The notes under the pieces are model-generated. The model ran no database searches. It saw nothing but the letters and a program-made list of their open reading frames with translations, and was not told the origin of the DNA. A DNA stretch of 63,205 nucleotides, counting the filler, from a bacterium (GTDB lineage Bacteria > JALSQH01): the NCBI GenBank assembly GCA_027004335.1. It is 11 parts of 11 records of this genome, joined end to end, with 100 filler letters (N's around TTAATTAATTAA, not from the genome) between each part and the next. Parts side by side here need not be neighbours in the genome. Positions count along the whole stretch, not along the records: positions 1 to 19,128 come from JALTID010000224.1; 10 more parts are not named here. One strand, 5' to 3'. Of this stretch, positions 1 through 9,321 are shown piece by piece; positions within the stretch are counted from its first letter, which is position 1; every line of letters starts with the position of its first letter. The translations under genes were made by a program, and so were the position numbers.

Positions 1-452
1 ACTGGCATAAACGCTCTTGCTGTGAGACAGGGAAATGTTTCAGTGAATTTTAGGAGGAGTTTTTCTGCTCTTGAAGGATAGATTTTTACATTTTCCAGTC
101 CAAGGGTAGATTTCAGAATGAGAAGAAATGAAGATTTTTTTTGTCTTGATTCTACTAAGTGGAACTCAGTGGAAGGGGTCATGATTGAGAGGGGAATTGC
201 CGGGAAACCTCCCCCTGAGCCCAGATCAATTATTGATTTGCAATCAAAAAAAGGTAGAATTACAAGAGAGTCAACCAGGTGTAGCGGAAGAAGATTAAGT
301 TCAGTGGGGGATAACAGATTCATCTTTTCCCCCCATTTATTTAAAAGGGAAAAATAGAGACTAAATTTCTCAATGTGATCACTGCCTACTTCAGGCAATG
401 GAAGATCATTCTCATTGAAGAAATTCTCAATATATTTTTTCAGGTTATTCAT
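1..452 (-). CDS. rsmG: 16S rRNA m7G527 methyltransferase RsmG/GidB (3' end cut by window edge; not in ORF track)
   Basis: Manual translation from ATG at 452: MNNLKKYIENFF...NKWGEKMNL...HLVDSL...IIDLGSGGGFPAIPL...LVESRQKK...RAE...TARAF, all RsmG motifs. Confidence 0.9.
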   Translation of the reverse strand, partial: MNNLKKYIENFFNENDLPLPEVGSDHIEKFSLYFSLLNKWGEKMNLLSPTELNLLPLHLVDSLVILPFFDCKSIIDLGSGGGFPAIPLSIMTPSTEFHLVESRQKKSSFLLILKSTLGLENVKIYPSRAEKLLLKFTETFPCLTARAFMP

Positions 453-1461
453 CTATTATGTAGGAAACCTTGTGAAGTTCTTTGACTGTACTGGCTCCTA
501 CACCAAACATGGTAATTTTTAGTTCAAGTTTTATTTTTTCTATTAATTTGATGAGAGATTTTTCCCCCTCTGTTATAAGGGTATGAAGTGCTATTCTTCC
601 AATGGAAAAAAGCTGAGCACCAAGAACAAGGGCTTTTGCCCCCTGAAGGCCAGTGGTTATACCTCCCGTAGCTATTAGTAGGGTGCGGGAAGAAATTTCT
701 TTGACTCTTAACAGGCTTTCTCTGAGGGAAAGCCCCCATTCATTGAAACTTTCTGCGATTGCTAATTTTTCTCCGTTGCTTCTCTCCCCCTCAATTATTA
801 TCCAGTTTATTCCATCATTTCCAGCTATATCAATCCCATGGACTCCGGTTTGAACAAGTCTTTTGGCGGTAACAGCGTCCATACCACATCCTATGCTCCT
901 CACAATTACAGGGTAGCTTATTGAACTTATTAGCTCTCTAATTCTGTCAATAACCCCTGCAAAGTTTGTTTTTCCATTTTTTTGGAAAACTTCCTGCATG
1001 GGGTTAAGATGCAGCATGATTCCATCAGCTTGAATATTTGTGATCAGGGATTCAATTTCTTCATTTGAGTAGTCTTTGGTGTCAACTGCTCCAATATTTG
1101 AGAAGAGGAGAATCCCCGGTGCGACTTTTCTCACCTGGTATGTGTAGAGGAGATTTGGATTTTCAAGCATTGCTTTTTGCGATCCTACAGACATACCTAT
1201 TCCAGTTACATGGGCAACCCTGGCAAGTGTCATATTTATTGATTCTGCTTCGGGTGTACCTCCTGTCAGAGGAGCAATGAGGATTGGTGCAGAAAGGGTA
1301 TGGTTAAAAATTGTGATGGATGTGTCTACTTCCTCAAAATTGATGTCGGGCAGAAGCTCTGGAATGAGCCTTATTTTGTCAAGAGAATGAGAAGTTATGA
1401 AAGGATAATTCAGTGCAAGTTTGAGTTGATCCTTTTTACTATCTGATGTTTCATCCATCAT
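445..1461 (-). CDS. fni: Type 2 isopentenyl-diphosphate isomerase (FMN-dependent), divergent
   Basis: LTGG, VGSQ, SNIG, HLNPMQE and IATGGI motifs; 338 aa. Confidence 0.85.
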   Translation of the reverse strand: MMDETSDSKKDQLKLALNYPFITSHSLDKIRLIPELLPDINFEEVDTSITIFNHTLSAPILIAPLTGGTPEAESINMTLARVAHVTGIGMSVGSQKAMLENPNLLYTYQVRKVAPGILLFSNIGAVDTKDYSNEEIESLITNIQADGIMLHLNPMQEVFQKNGKTNFAGVIDRIRELISSISYPVIVRSIGCGMDAVTAKRLVQTGVHGIDIAGNDGINWIIIEGERSNGEKLAIAESFNEWGLSLRESLLRVKEISSRTLLIATGGITTGLQGAKALVLGAQLFSIGRIALHTLITEGEKSLIKLIEKIKLELKITMFGVGASTVKELHKVSYIIDE

Positions 1462-1886
1462 GATAACCTTGATTTAAGTTCAGGATGGTTTTTAAGAATC
1501 TTCAGCAACTCTTCCCTTGGAAAAGAGACGACTCTGGAATCTTCAAGAGCCTTCACATTGTTTTTATATTTTTCACCTTCTACTGCTCCTTCTATCCCAA
1601 AGAGGTTTCCGGGTTTTATTATCCTGATAATTTTCTTCTTATTGTGGCTTTCTTTAAATTCTAACAATCTTCCCGAGTACAGAATAAAGAAGAACAGGGG
1701 TTTTTCCTCTGAATGAAATACATATTCGCCTCTTAGAGAAGTTACGATAGCTGCATTTTCCAGTAGTTCCTGTCTCTCTGTAAGAGAAATGGTTTTGAAA
1801 ATTGGAGTGTTTTTTGTAATATCAAGAAGTTTTTCAACATCTTCAAATGATAGTTGATCAAGTGTAGCCATTCTCTCACCTTGCAA
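1458..1886 (-). CDS. Stand-alone cyclic nucleotide-binding domain protein (start may be 1871)
   Basis: GEYVF...FFILYSG...PGNLFG(I)E...VKALED pattern of a cNMP-binding domain; no HTH. Confidence 0.75.
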   Translation of the reverse strand: MQGERMATLDQLSFEDVEKLLDITKNTPIFKTISLTERQELLENAAIVTSLRGEYVFHSEEKPLFFFILYSGRLLEFKESHNKKKIIRIIKPGNLFGIEGAVEGEKYKNNVKALEDSRVVSFPREELLKILKNHPELKSRLS

Positions 1887-3345
1887 TGGAAGGTAATACA
1901 GGGAGAAAGTATAAGTATAGAGTTATAGTAATTGCCGCAAAGAGGTCAAGCCATATCCCGGCTTTTGCCATATCTTTTATTTCTACCACTCCAGCTCCCA
2001 TTATAATGGCGTTAGGAGGAGTTGCAACCGGTAACATATAAGCATTGGAGGCTCCAAGAGTTGCAGGAATAAGTAGAATTAGTGGATTTATATGACTTAT
2101 CTGGGCGATGCCTGCTAAAATCGGAAGCATAATTGTAGTTGTTGCAGTGTTTGAAGTGAATTCTGTTACAATCTCAAGTGTTACTACGACAATAAAAATA
2201 AGCAAAATAGGATGTAGTGTCGTAATAAATGCAAGTTCATGTCCAACCCAGTGGGTCAGGTGACTCACCTTGAAAGCTTTTGCGAGGGCAAAACCACCGC
2301 CAAAGAGAAAGAGTACTTCCCATGGGATATTTTTGATATCTTTCCAGTCAAGCAGGTATTTGTCCTTTACAGATTTTGAAGGGATAAAGAATAACAGGAG
2401 AGCAAAGAACATAGCCACGGTTGCATCAGTTATAAGTTTTTTATATGGAAAAAGGTCTGCCCACCCTGGAATGGTAACCTTCCCTATGGTTATACCTCCT
2501 CTGGTTATCCACCCTATTGCAACAAGCGCGAACACAATTGAAACGACTTTTTCTTCATATGTCATGGGACCGAGGTTTGTCTTTTCTTCTCTAATGACAT
2601 TTTTGATTTTTTCTTTTGGAAGTTTTTTAAATGGGAAACCGAAAGTTACCATGTAAAGCCATGCAAATGCAAGAGTGAAAATACTTACAGGGAATCCGAT
2701 CATAAACCACTGCGAAAAGGTTATCTGCTGATTGAATAACTTCTGATACATCCCTGCAAGGACGAGGTTTGGTGGGGTACCCACCAGAGTAGCGACCCCC
2801 CCGATTGTTGCTGCATAAGCTATAGAGAGCATAAGAGTTTTGGAAAAATTGATCATATCTCTGCTTTTTTCTAACTTTTCTCCAAAGCTTGCAAGTACTG
2901 CTATTCCAATGGGCATCATCATAAGTGTGGTAGCGGTATTGGACATCCACATTGATAGAAACCATGTTGCTATCATAAAACCTAAAATTATTGTTTTGGG
3001 ATTACTGCCGAGGAAATTTACAATATTTACTGCGATTCTTTTATGGAGATTCCACTTCTGTATTGATTCAGCTATGATTAAGCCACCTAAAAATAAGAAA
3101 ATATCCTGGTCTGCGTATGGAGGGCTTACCTCTTTTGCGCCCATTACCCCGAAGAGAGGAAAAATTACAAGGGGAACCATAGCTGTGACACCCATTGGTA
3201 AAGCATCAGTTATCCACCAGATCGCCATTAAAAGAGTTGTTCCAAGAACAACTTTTCCTGAGAAGCTGAGCCCATGTAAGTTGAATGGTAAAACGATTAC
3301 GAAAAAAAGAATACCCACTAAAATCCATACAAACTTACTTCTCAT
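1876..3345 (-). CDS. SLC13/DASS family Na+:dicarboxylate/sulfate symporter
   Basis: Multiple TM segments; SMWMSNTAT, GTPPN, FTSNTAT and LPVATPPNAI motifs. Confidence 0.92.
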   Translation of the reverse strand: MRSKFVWILVGILFFVIVLPFNLHGLSFSGKVVLGTTLLMAIWWITDALPMGVTAMVPLVIFPLFGVMGAKEVSPPYADQDIFLFLGGLIIAESIQKWNLHKRIAVNIVNFLGSNPKTIILGFMIATWFLSMWMSNTATTLMMMPIGIAVLASFGEKLEKSRDMINFSKTLMLSIAYAATIGGVATLVGTPPNLVLAGMYQKLFNQQITFSQWFMIGFPVSIFTLAFAWLYMVTFGFPFKKLPKEKIKNVIREEKTNLGPMTYEEKVVSIVFALVAIGWITRGGITIGKVTIPGWADLFPYKKLITDATVAMFFALLLFFIPSKSVKDKYLLDWKDIKNIPWEVLFLFGGGFALAKAFKVSHLTHWVGHELAFITTLHPILLIFIVVVTLEIVTEFTSNTATTTIMLPILAGIAQISHINPLILLIPATLGASNAYMLPVATPPNAIIMGAGVVEIKDMAKAGIWLDLFAAITITLYLYFLPVLPSIAR

Positions 3346-3365
3346 ATTAACCTCACTTTTTCAAA

Positions 3366-3614
3366 TTATATCACTCCGTCCTCTCCAGTAAAAGGCAAAA
3401 TCTCAGTTAAATTATCACCCCCAAGCTCCTCCCGGATTACTTCAATCACCTCAAAAAATTCTTTTTCTAACTGTGGAGGGACTGATACTTCAACAATTCC
3501 TGCTTTCCCGTCAACTGTATGAATGAGGCAGAGACCATCGTATCCTTCTGTTATAAAACGGAAATATGCAATATTTCTTGGCTCAATATAAAATTTTTTC
3601 GTCAGGATTTCCAT
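3366..3614 (-). CDS. DUF4911-like small protein
   Basis: IAYFRFITEGYDGL...TVD...G motif; lies downstream of a U32 gene. Confidence 0.7.
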   Translation of the reverse strand: MEILTKKFYIEPRNIAYFRFITEGYDGLCLIHTVDGKAGIVEVSVPPQLEKEFFEVIEVIREELGGDNLTEILPFTGEDGVI

Positions 3615-3798
3615 TTTTAACTCTATTTTTGATTCGGAAAATGGTGCCTTCTGGTAGTTCTTCCTCTGAAAAATTTTTACTGAACTGCCTTAGACTGAAT
3701 TCTTTTCCACTCCCATAAACAGCATCTGTGCCATAGAGAATCGCAAATTTCAGTTTTTCAAAGTCCCCCGCAGGGGCAAGGAGTTCAGGCTTTTTCAC
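3583..3798 (-). pseudogene. N-terminal remnant of a U32 family (TrhP-like) protein
   Basis: KKPELLAPAGDFEKLKFAILYGTDAVY...FSLR is the U32 N-terminus; similarity ends after ~50 aa, whereas the family is ~400 aa. Confidence 0.75.
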
Positions 3799-3823
3799 AA
3801 TTTTTATTATAACTTTTTGAAAA

Positions 3824-4402
3824 TTATTGTCTACATAAAATGAACCAGTTGGGCATAGCTTTGCCCTTTTTATAGGCTCTACCGATCACAACATCCTTAT
3901 TTACCCATCTTAAATGATCAATCATGTTACAGTAGACAAATCTGCTCAATCCTCTGCAGTTAGGCTTTATATTTGGCCAATCCAGCGGCTTTTCTGAAGG
4001 GATTTTTAAGTAATTAACGAAAGCCTCTTTTGAATCTGGATCTGGTTTTTCAAGGATCATGTAGCCCCAGCCTGTTAACCATGCAATAGACTGGTTGTTA
4101 TACCCTCCTATAGTCCCGTCACCCTGCCTGTAGAAGACTTTCTGAAATCGGGTGAAAGCCGGGAGGGAGTTCCTTCCTTCAAATACGAAAGGTTTTAGCA
4201 ACTCTGCATCTTCTGGGACAAAATAATCAAGGGTAAGGGAAGTAGGAGTATTTTCTGCCAGATCCCAGAGTTTCGTCTGTTCCTTTTTCCCCAGAGATAG
4301 AGTTTCTTTTAACTCTTCCTCATGAGGGAGGGAATCCAGGAAATCTGTTATTTCCTTTAAAGTAATCCCTTCTTTCTTCAGAAGATCTTTAAATTTTCCC
4401 AT
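3824..4402 (-). CDS. Conserved hypothetical protein
   Basis: ATG at 4402 preceded by GGAGG RBS; globular ORF (EGRNSLPAFTRFQK, GLSRFVY, VVIGRA). Confidence 0.7.
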   Translation of the reverse strand: MGKFKDLLKKEGITLKEITDFLDSLPHEEELKETLSLGKKEQTKLWDLAENTPTSLTLDYFVPEDAELLKPFVFEGRNSLPAFTRFQKVFYRQGDGTIGGYNNQSIAWLTGWGYMILEKPDPDSKEAFVNYLKIPSEKPLDWPNIKPNCRGLSRFVYCNMIDHLRWVNKDVVIGRAYKKGKAMPNWFILCRQ

Positions 4403-4493
4403 TTTTATACCTCCTCTGAAGAGAAGTATAAACTTTTTGCTATTTTTTTTCAAATAAAGTGAAAGAAGGTAAAAGTTCTGTGTGTTATTTTCT

Positions 4494-4637
4494 GGAGGTA
4501 GATGGTGAGGGATGGGGCGGACCTTCGGCCTGCCCCTCCCGCAGATGTACTCTTAGCGGTTGCATCATTTCCTTTATATCCGAATAGTCATGGTGAATAT
4601 GAATGCCTGGAACAATCCTCAACACCATCCCTTTCCC
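4494..4637. ncRNA. Putative structured RNA (6S-like or orphan cis-element); strand uncertain
   Basis: GC-rich island in an AT-rich intergenic region; end-to-end pairing (GATGGTG 4501-4507 with CACCATC 4623-4629) plus three internal stems. Confidence 0.5.
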
Positions 4638-4666
4638 ATGATTGAATTTTATGCTAATTTTTTATT

Positions 4667-6487
4667 GTGAAGAAGATATTTATGATAGCAGGTTTATTTT
4701 TACTTTTTGCGTGCAATAGTGGTAAAAGTTTCACTGATATAGCGCAAAGAGGCTACATCCAGAATGTACAGGGAATAAAAATTGTTCATCTTTATGGCAC
4801 TCCTTATGAAATGGGATATGAGCATGGACGACTCCTTAAAACTGAGATCAGGGCATTCTACACGGAATTTTTTGAAAAAGCTGTTTTACCTGTAATTAAT
4901 CGGAATAAAACGCTCCTCATAGAATATTTTGATTACAGCTCGGAAAAATACAGTGGAGATAATTTCGCAAAACAACTTGTTCTGGATTCCGCCCATGAAA
5001 TGGAAAAATCAATTCCAGAAAGGTACATTGAGGAGATGAAAGGAATTGCTGATGGATCCGGGTTGCCATACGATGAGATCCTGATTATTAACACTTTTCC
5101 CGATGTTGTGGATTCCTTTCTTGAGATAGGAAACCTCTTTCAGGCTCTTGATGCGCCATTTATTAAGAGTATCATCTTTCCACGAGAAACAACAGAGGAT
5201 GGCATAGATAATAACGGGGATGGGGTAATTGATGCGCAGGATGAGAATGTAGTTTCACCTTACACTACTTCTCCTTTCGCAATTTATAGAGGTTTGAGTC
5301 CAGATGATTCAATAGAGGTAACTCTTCACGATGATGACGGAGTAGATCCCGAAAGGACGAAGGTTTACCTCAATGGAGAATTATGTGAAAAGTGTCCATT
5401 GTCTGAAACTGGAAATGATCTAAAAATAACAATATCAGATCTTCCCTTTCAGAATGGTAAGCTTTTTATTGAAATTGATTCGGCAGATAAAAAAGTGGTG
5501 GATTCGCCTCCTCCCCCCCATACAAATGCCATGAGGAGAGAGAGATTTTTACTCTTAGAGAATAGGGATACTTCTCTTCTCTCAGCTCCCAATTTTTCAG
5601 AAGGGATGATAACAGGTAGAGGAGCAGTCTCCAGTACTTTTGGCATCGTAAAAAATAATAATGTAATGGTGGGCAGGAATTTTATCTTTATGGATCTTAA
5701 TATTCTCCATCTTTACACATATCTTTTTGTGTATCACCCGGATTCGGGGAATCAGGTTATCTCAGCTGCTTTGCCCGGGATGGTTGGAGTTTTGACGGGA
5801 ATCAATGACAGAGGACTTTTTATTTCAGCAAATCAGGTTGAGAATGCTGATAATTCGGTAATAAAATCTATAGTTGACGAATTTAAAGTTTTCCTCTCAG
5901 GGGTTCCTGCAGATATAGCAGCAGGGGAAGCTCTGGAAGATTACGCAACATCCATTAGTGCTGAAGAATTCCTGAAATCATTTAACATTCCATCAGGCTG
6001 GAATTTTTTCGTTGCTGATAAAAATGGAAACCTTATCGCTGTAGAAAGGGATGCAGGTGTATGGGGCGGAGCTGGTAGAGCTTATTCTCCTGAAATTACT
6101 AAATGTTCTTCAACTTTCTGTCCCTTTAATTCTCCCGATGAACTCTGGGTAACAGGCGACTATGTCTTTAACCTGCCAGACATTGATTATGATCTTCTGG
6201 GAGGAGCTTTTCATCTACCTCCTCAGAATAAATGGGCATTCAGCTACTTCAGTGGTCTTAACACATTTTATGCCATAAAAACGCTTTTAAAGAAAGAGAA
6301 GGTTTCTACTGTTGACGATTTAATCCCGCTTTTGAAGCAGGCTTATTTATTTTCACCTGGCAATACAATTCACTCTCTTGCACTGGATCTTGTTAATATG
6401 GATGGATTCGTGGCACAGGGAAATGCCACTGCTACCGAGGGAGATTATGTATTCCTTGATTTTGAGAAACTTTTTAACAGTAAGTAG
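4667..6487 (+). CDS. Lipoprotein, C45/acid-ceramidase-like Ntn hydrolase with a large insertion
   Basis: Lipobox LFAC; HLYGTPYEMGYEHG, EEMKGIADG, GRNF and GVLTGINDRGL motifs; insert carries DGIDNNGDGVID. Confidence 0.75.
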   Translation: MKKIFMIAGLFLLFACNSGKSFTDIAQRGYIQNVQGIKIVHLYGTPYEMGYEHGRLLKTEIRAFYTEFFEKAVLPVINRNKTLLIEYFDYSSEKYSGDNFAKQLVLDSAHEMEKSIPERYIEEMKGIADGSGLPYDEILIINTFPDVVDSFLEIGNLFQALDAPFIKSIIFPRETTEDGIDNNGDGVIDAQDENVVSPYTTSPFAIYRGLSPDDSIEVTLHDDDGVDPERTKVYLNGELCEKCPLSETGNDLKITISDLPFQNGKLFIEIDSADKKVVDSPPPPHTNAMRRERFLLLENRDTSLLSAPNFSEGMITGRGAVSSTFGIVKNNNVMVGRNFIFMDLNILHLYTYLFVYHPDSGNQVISAALPGMVGVLTGINDRGLFISANQVENADNSVIKSIVDEFKVFLSGVPADIAAGEALEDYATSISAEEFLKSFNIPSGWNFFVADKNGNLIAVERDAGVWGGAGRAYSPEITKCSSTFCPFNSPDELWVTGDYVFNLPDIDYDLLGGAFHLPPQNKWAFSYFSGLNTFYAIKTLLKKEKVSTVDDLIPLLKQAYLFSPGNTIHSLALDLVNMDGFVAQGNATATEGDYVFLDFEKLFNSK

Positions 6488-7769
6488 TCTCTTACTTTTG
6501 CTGGTGCAGTTAGTCAGTGCCGGCACAGATTTTATTTTTACACCTGTTGAGAGCTATCATTTTTCAAATAACCTGCTTGATTCTGGAGGCTGGCTTGATG
6601 ACAGGGAGGATTATCTTGCTTCAGGTTTTGGACTTACCACTTCACCTGAGAGTAAAGATTTTTCCCTGAATATTCTTTTTGAATATGTAAAGGGCTCAGT
6701 TGTTCACAGAACATTTCCTGTAATTAACGAACAAATCAAATTCTCATACCCTTTTTACAAGAAAAGCTCAAAACCATTCGTAAGAATGTACTTCAACAGG
6801 ATTTTTTACAGAGTTCAGATAAGGAATTTTACCCTCATCGCTGGACTCTTTCCCCTTCATATTTCACCTGTTTCTATTCAATCGGATCTCCTGGGAGTTA
6901 AACTTAATTTTAAAAAACCAGGTAGTTCCTTTTTCTCAGGAGGGCTGAGTGTTGGGAGATTCCAGGAAAATATTGAGTATGGCGAGGGATGGGTTATAGA
7001 TATGGGGGAAAGTCAAGGGTATTACACCCCTGGAAGTGTTACTCCTTTCTATTTTATACCTGAGTTGCGGTTTTCATATAAAGTTGTAAGTGCTTTTTTA
7101 TACTATGCTATGAGCAACCAACTTGATAATTATGGCCTTACTATTTTTGTAGATTTAAAAAAATTAAAGCTGGCAGGGGGAACTGCAACTTCAGAACTTG
7201 GCTCTCCTTCTTCAACAGGATTTGCTGTTTATGGTAGAGCTGCTTATATACCTCATAAAAATATTTTGATTTTCCTTTTTTATGGAGAATCTTCAGGCTA
7301 CGATTACAAGCTTCACTGGCATGATAAGCAGTACTTTTACAGAGCACCAGCAGGAGGATTAAATGGAGGCTATATCCTGGGCAGAGAATTAAAAGGTTTC
7401 TCATCCCTGAGAATTCTTTCAGGTTCCACCGAGTATGTGAAAAAAGTTTTTAATCTGACTGCTTCGCTTTATTTTTACTGGAATAACACCATAGATTACA
7501 TGTTTGAATTTAATGATTACAATGTGCCAAAACCTTGTTTCCTTGGAAGTGAGGGGAACATATCAGTGGATGTTAAATTTAATAATGTATTTTTTAGCCT
7601 GAAATATGGGATTTTCTTCCCCGCGGGGGGATGGAAGAATTTGATCCTGGATGCCCTTTTCTGGCACTACAGGGAAACTTATGGGTATGAAAGAGCCATT
7701 GAGGAGGGAGAGAGCTATGATTTTTCGCCACCGGTGGAATTGATTTTGAGCGGGGGGATTGAGTTTTGA
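6447..7769 (+). CDS. Putative outer-membrane beta-barrel protein
   Basis: ATG 6447 after GAGGGAG; signal peptide; aromatic-rich alternating strands; C-terminal Phe (GIEF). Confidence 0.6.
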   Translation: MYSLILRNFLTVSSLLLLLVQLVSAGTDFIFTPVESYHFSNNLLDSGGWLDDREDYLASGFGLTTSPESKDFSLNILFEYVKGSVVHRTFPVINEQIKFSYPFYKKSSKPFVRMYFNRIFYRVQIRNFTLIAGLFPLHISPVSIQSDLLGVKLNFKKPGSSFFSGGLSVGRFQENIEYGEGWVIDMGESQGYYTPGSVTPFYFIPELRFSYKVVSAFLYYAMSNQLDNYGLTIFVDLKKLKLAGGTATSELGSPSSTGFAVYGRAAYIPHKNILIFLFYGESSGYDYKLHWHDKQYFYRAPAGGLNGGYILGRELKGFSSLRILSGSTEYVKKVFNLTASLYFYWNNTIDYMFEFNDYNVPKPCFLGSEGNISVDVKFNNVFFSLKYGIFFPAGGWKNLILDALFWHYRETYGYERAIEEGESYDFSPPVELILSGGIEF

Positions 7770-8950
7770 AAAATCTGGTTATTTTCATGGCCATTATATT
7801 GTGGGGAACATCTTTATTTGCAGGCTGGACAGATACAGCACCAGAACATATTTTCATGTTTGATCTTAGTTACAGAACTGATACCGTGAGGCATCTATTT
7901 GATAATAAAGGTAATCTGGTCAATCTTTCTCCAGATATAGCCTTTTACGACTCCAGTGAAAGATGGCAGGGGACTCTAAGAATTCCCGCCCTTAACCAGG
8001 AAACGATTGGACTCTACCAGGTTATGTATGGTGTAACTGATAGTCTTACCCTTGCTCTGGTGATACCGCATATTATTTCTACCTGGACAAAACTTAATCT
8101 ACAGTGGCTACCGGGAGATTTTGATCCATCTCTTGGAAGATCCATGACCATGGAGGATTTTTGCCTCTATATTGAAAGCATGGGACAGCCGTGTCCCCAT
8201 GAGTGGAGGGGTAAAGATAACCAGTTAGGAGATATTATCGTGGGGCTAAGGTACAGATTTTACATGAGGAAGAATTTTAAACTTGCATTTATGGGTTTTA
8301 TAAGTACCAGAACTGGAAACCCTGGTGATCCAGAGAAACTTGGCGCCGTCGGTACCACAGGGTATGAGTATGGGAGCAACGGTGATCTGGGGTTCTATTT
8401 CATAGGGGAAAAGGATTTCAGGAGAATCGCCCTGAATGGAGAGATATTTTATGAACCCTTTTATACAAGAGATTGGAGCGCTCCCGAGGGGAAGTTGAAT
8501 CCTCTACTTCTTAACAATGCTTCTTATGTGGGGAAGGTTTATAAAATTAAGCCTGGGGATTTTTATGGCTTTGCTATGGGAACTGATTTCACTATTGTGA
8601 GAGGTTCAGAGAAAACCACATGGTTAACCAGAGGGAACCCTGAAATGCAGAAATCTCTACCTGTTCTGTGGCTTCTCTCCCTCTCCTTTAAAAGGACATG
8701 GGGCTTGCCTGATAAATTTTACTCTCATTCTGAAGTCTTTGATAGAGAGATGGAGTTATCTCACTACTGGAAATTAAAAAATACTCTCCAGGTTGTTTCA
8801 ACTTTTAGTTTCTTCCGGCTTGGGGTTCCTCTGGATTTGTATGGTACATATTCTGATCAGGAGCTTCTTGGTGGAAGAGGCTATATGCCTTTGAAAGAGT
8901 GGGGGATAGGGGCTCATCTTTACTATTCCCTTGATATATGGCCGTTGTGA
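7766..8950 (+). CDS. Putative outer-membrane porin/transporter-like beta-barrel
   Basis: Signal peptide (SLFA|G); YGVTDSLTL and LGDIIVGLRYRF resemble MetA-pathway/'transporter' barrels. Confidence 0.55.
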   Translation: MKNLVIFMAIILWGTSLFAGWTDTAPEHIFMFDLSYRTDTVRHLFDNKGNLVNLSPDIAFYDSSERWQGTLRIPALNQETIGLYQVMYGVTDSLTLALVIPHIISTWTKLNLQWLPGDFDPSLGRSMTMEDFCLYIESMGQPCPHEWRGKDNQLGDIIVGLRYRFYMRKNFKLAFMGFISTRTGNPGDPEKLGAVGTTGYEYGSNGDLGFYFIGEKDFRRIALNGEIFYEPFYTRDWSAPEGKLNPLLLNNASYVGKVYKIKPGDFYGFAMGTDFTIVRGSEKTTWLTRGNPEMQKSLPVLWLLSLSFKRTWGLPDKFYSHSEVFDREMELSHYWKLKNTLQVVSTFSFFRLGVPLDLYGTYSDQELLGGRGYMPLKEWGIGAHLYYSLDIWPL

Positions 8951-9270
8951 AGAGATATAGAGAGGTGATCCGCCATTTTTGTTCCTCTGACCAATTTAAG
9001 AGTTTCTTCCCTACTAGAGAATCATGGAACAATTCTTCCTGCTTTTTTCAATTTTGGGAAGTTTCTTTCTGAGAATTTCTTTAATCTATAAGTAAGGGAT
9101 ATCTCTTGACCAGCTTAAGCTGTAACTTTGACTTTTCTTCAACTTCCCCTGTGGTTACACAATCAATATAGAGAGATGTGGTTTTACAGAGAGGAAGTTA
9201 AGAAGAAGATTGAGGAGAAGTTGATATTGAGGTAGGGGTTCAGACTGGAATATTTTGCCCTTTTCACTTC

Positions 9271-9298
9271 TTGACATACCTCTGTGAGACTATATAAT
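9271..9298 (+). promoter_or_regulatory. Sigma70 consensus promoter of the yceD-rpmF-fab operon
   Basis: TTGACA-16 bp-TATAAT; AGGAG RBS at 9311-9315. Confidence 0.85.
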
Positions 9299-9321
9299 TA
9301 AGTGAAACACAGGAGTATTGT

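Noticed and set aside
118-357. 79-aa + strand ORF
   Set aside because: Antisense shadow of rsmG.
8951-9270. ~300-nt gap before the yceD promoter with short ORFs on both strands
   Set aside because: No recognisable protein motif or convincing structure. It may be a gene remnant, but I cannot support a call.
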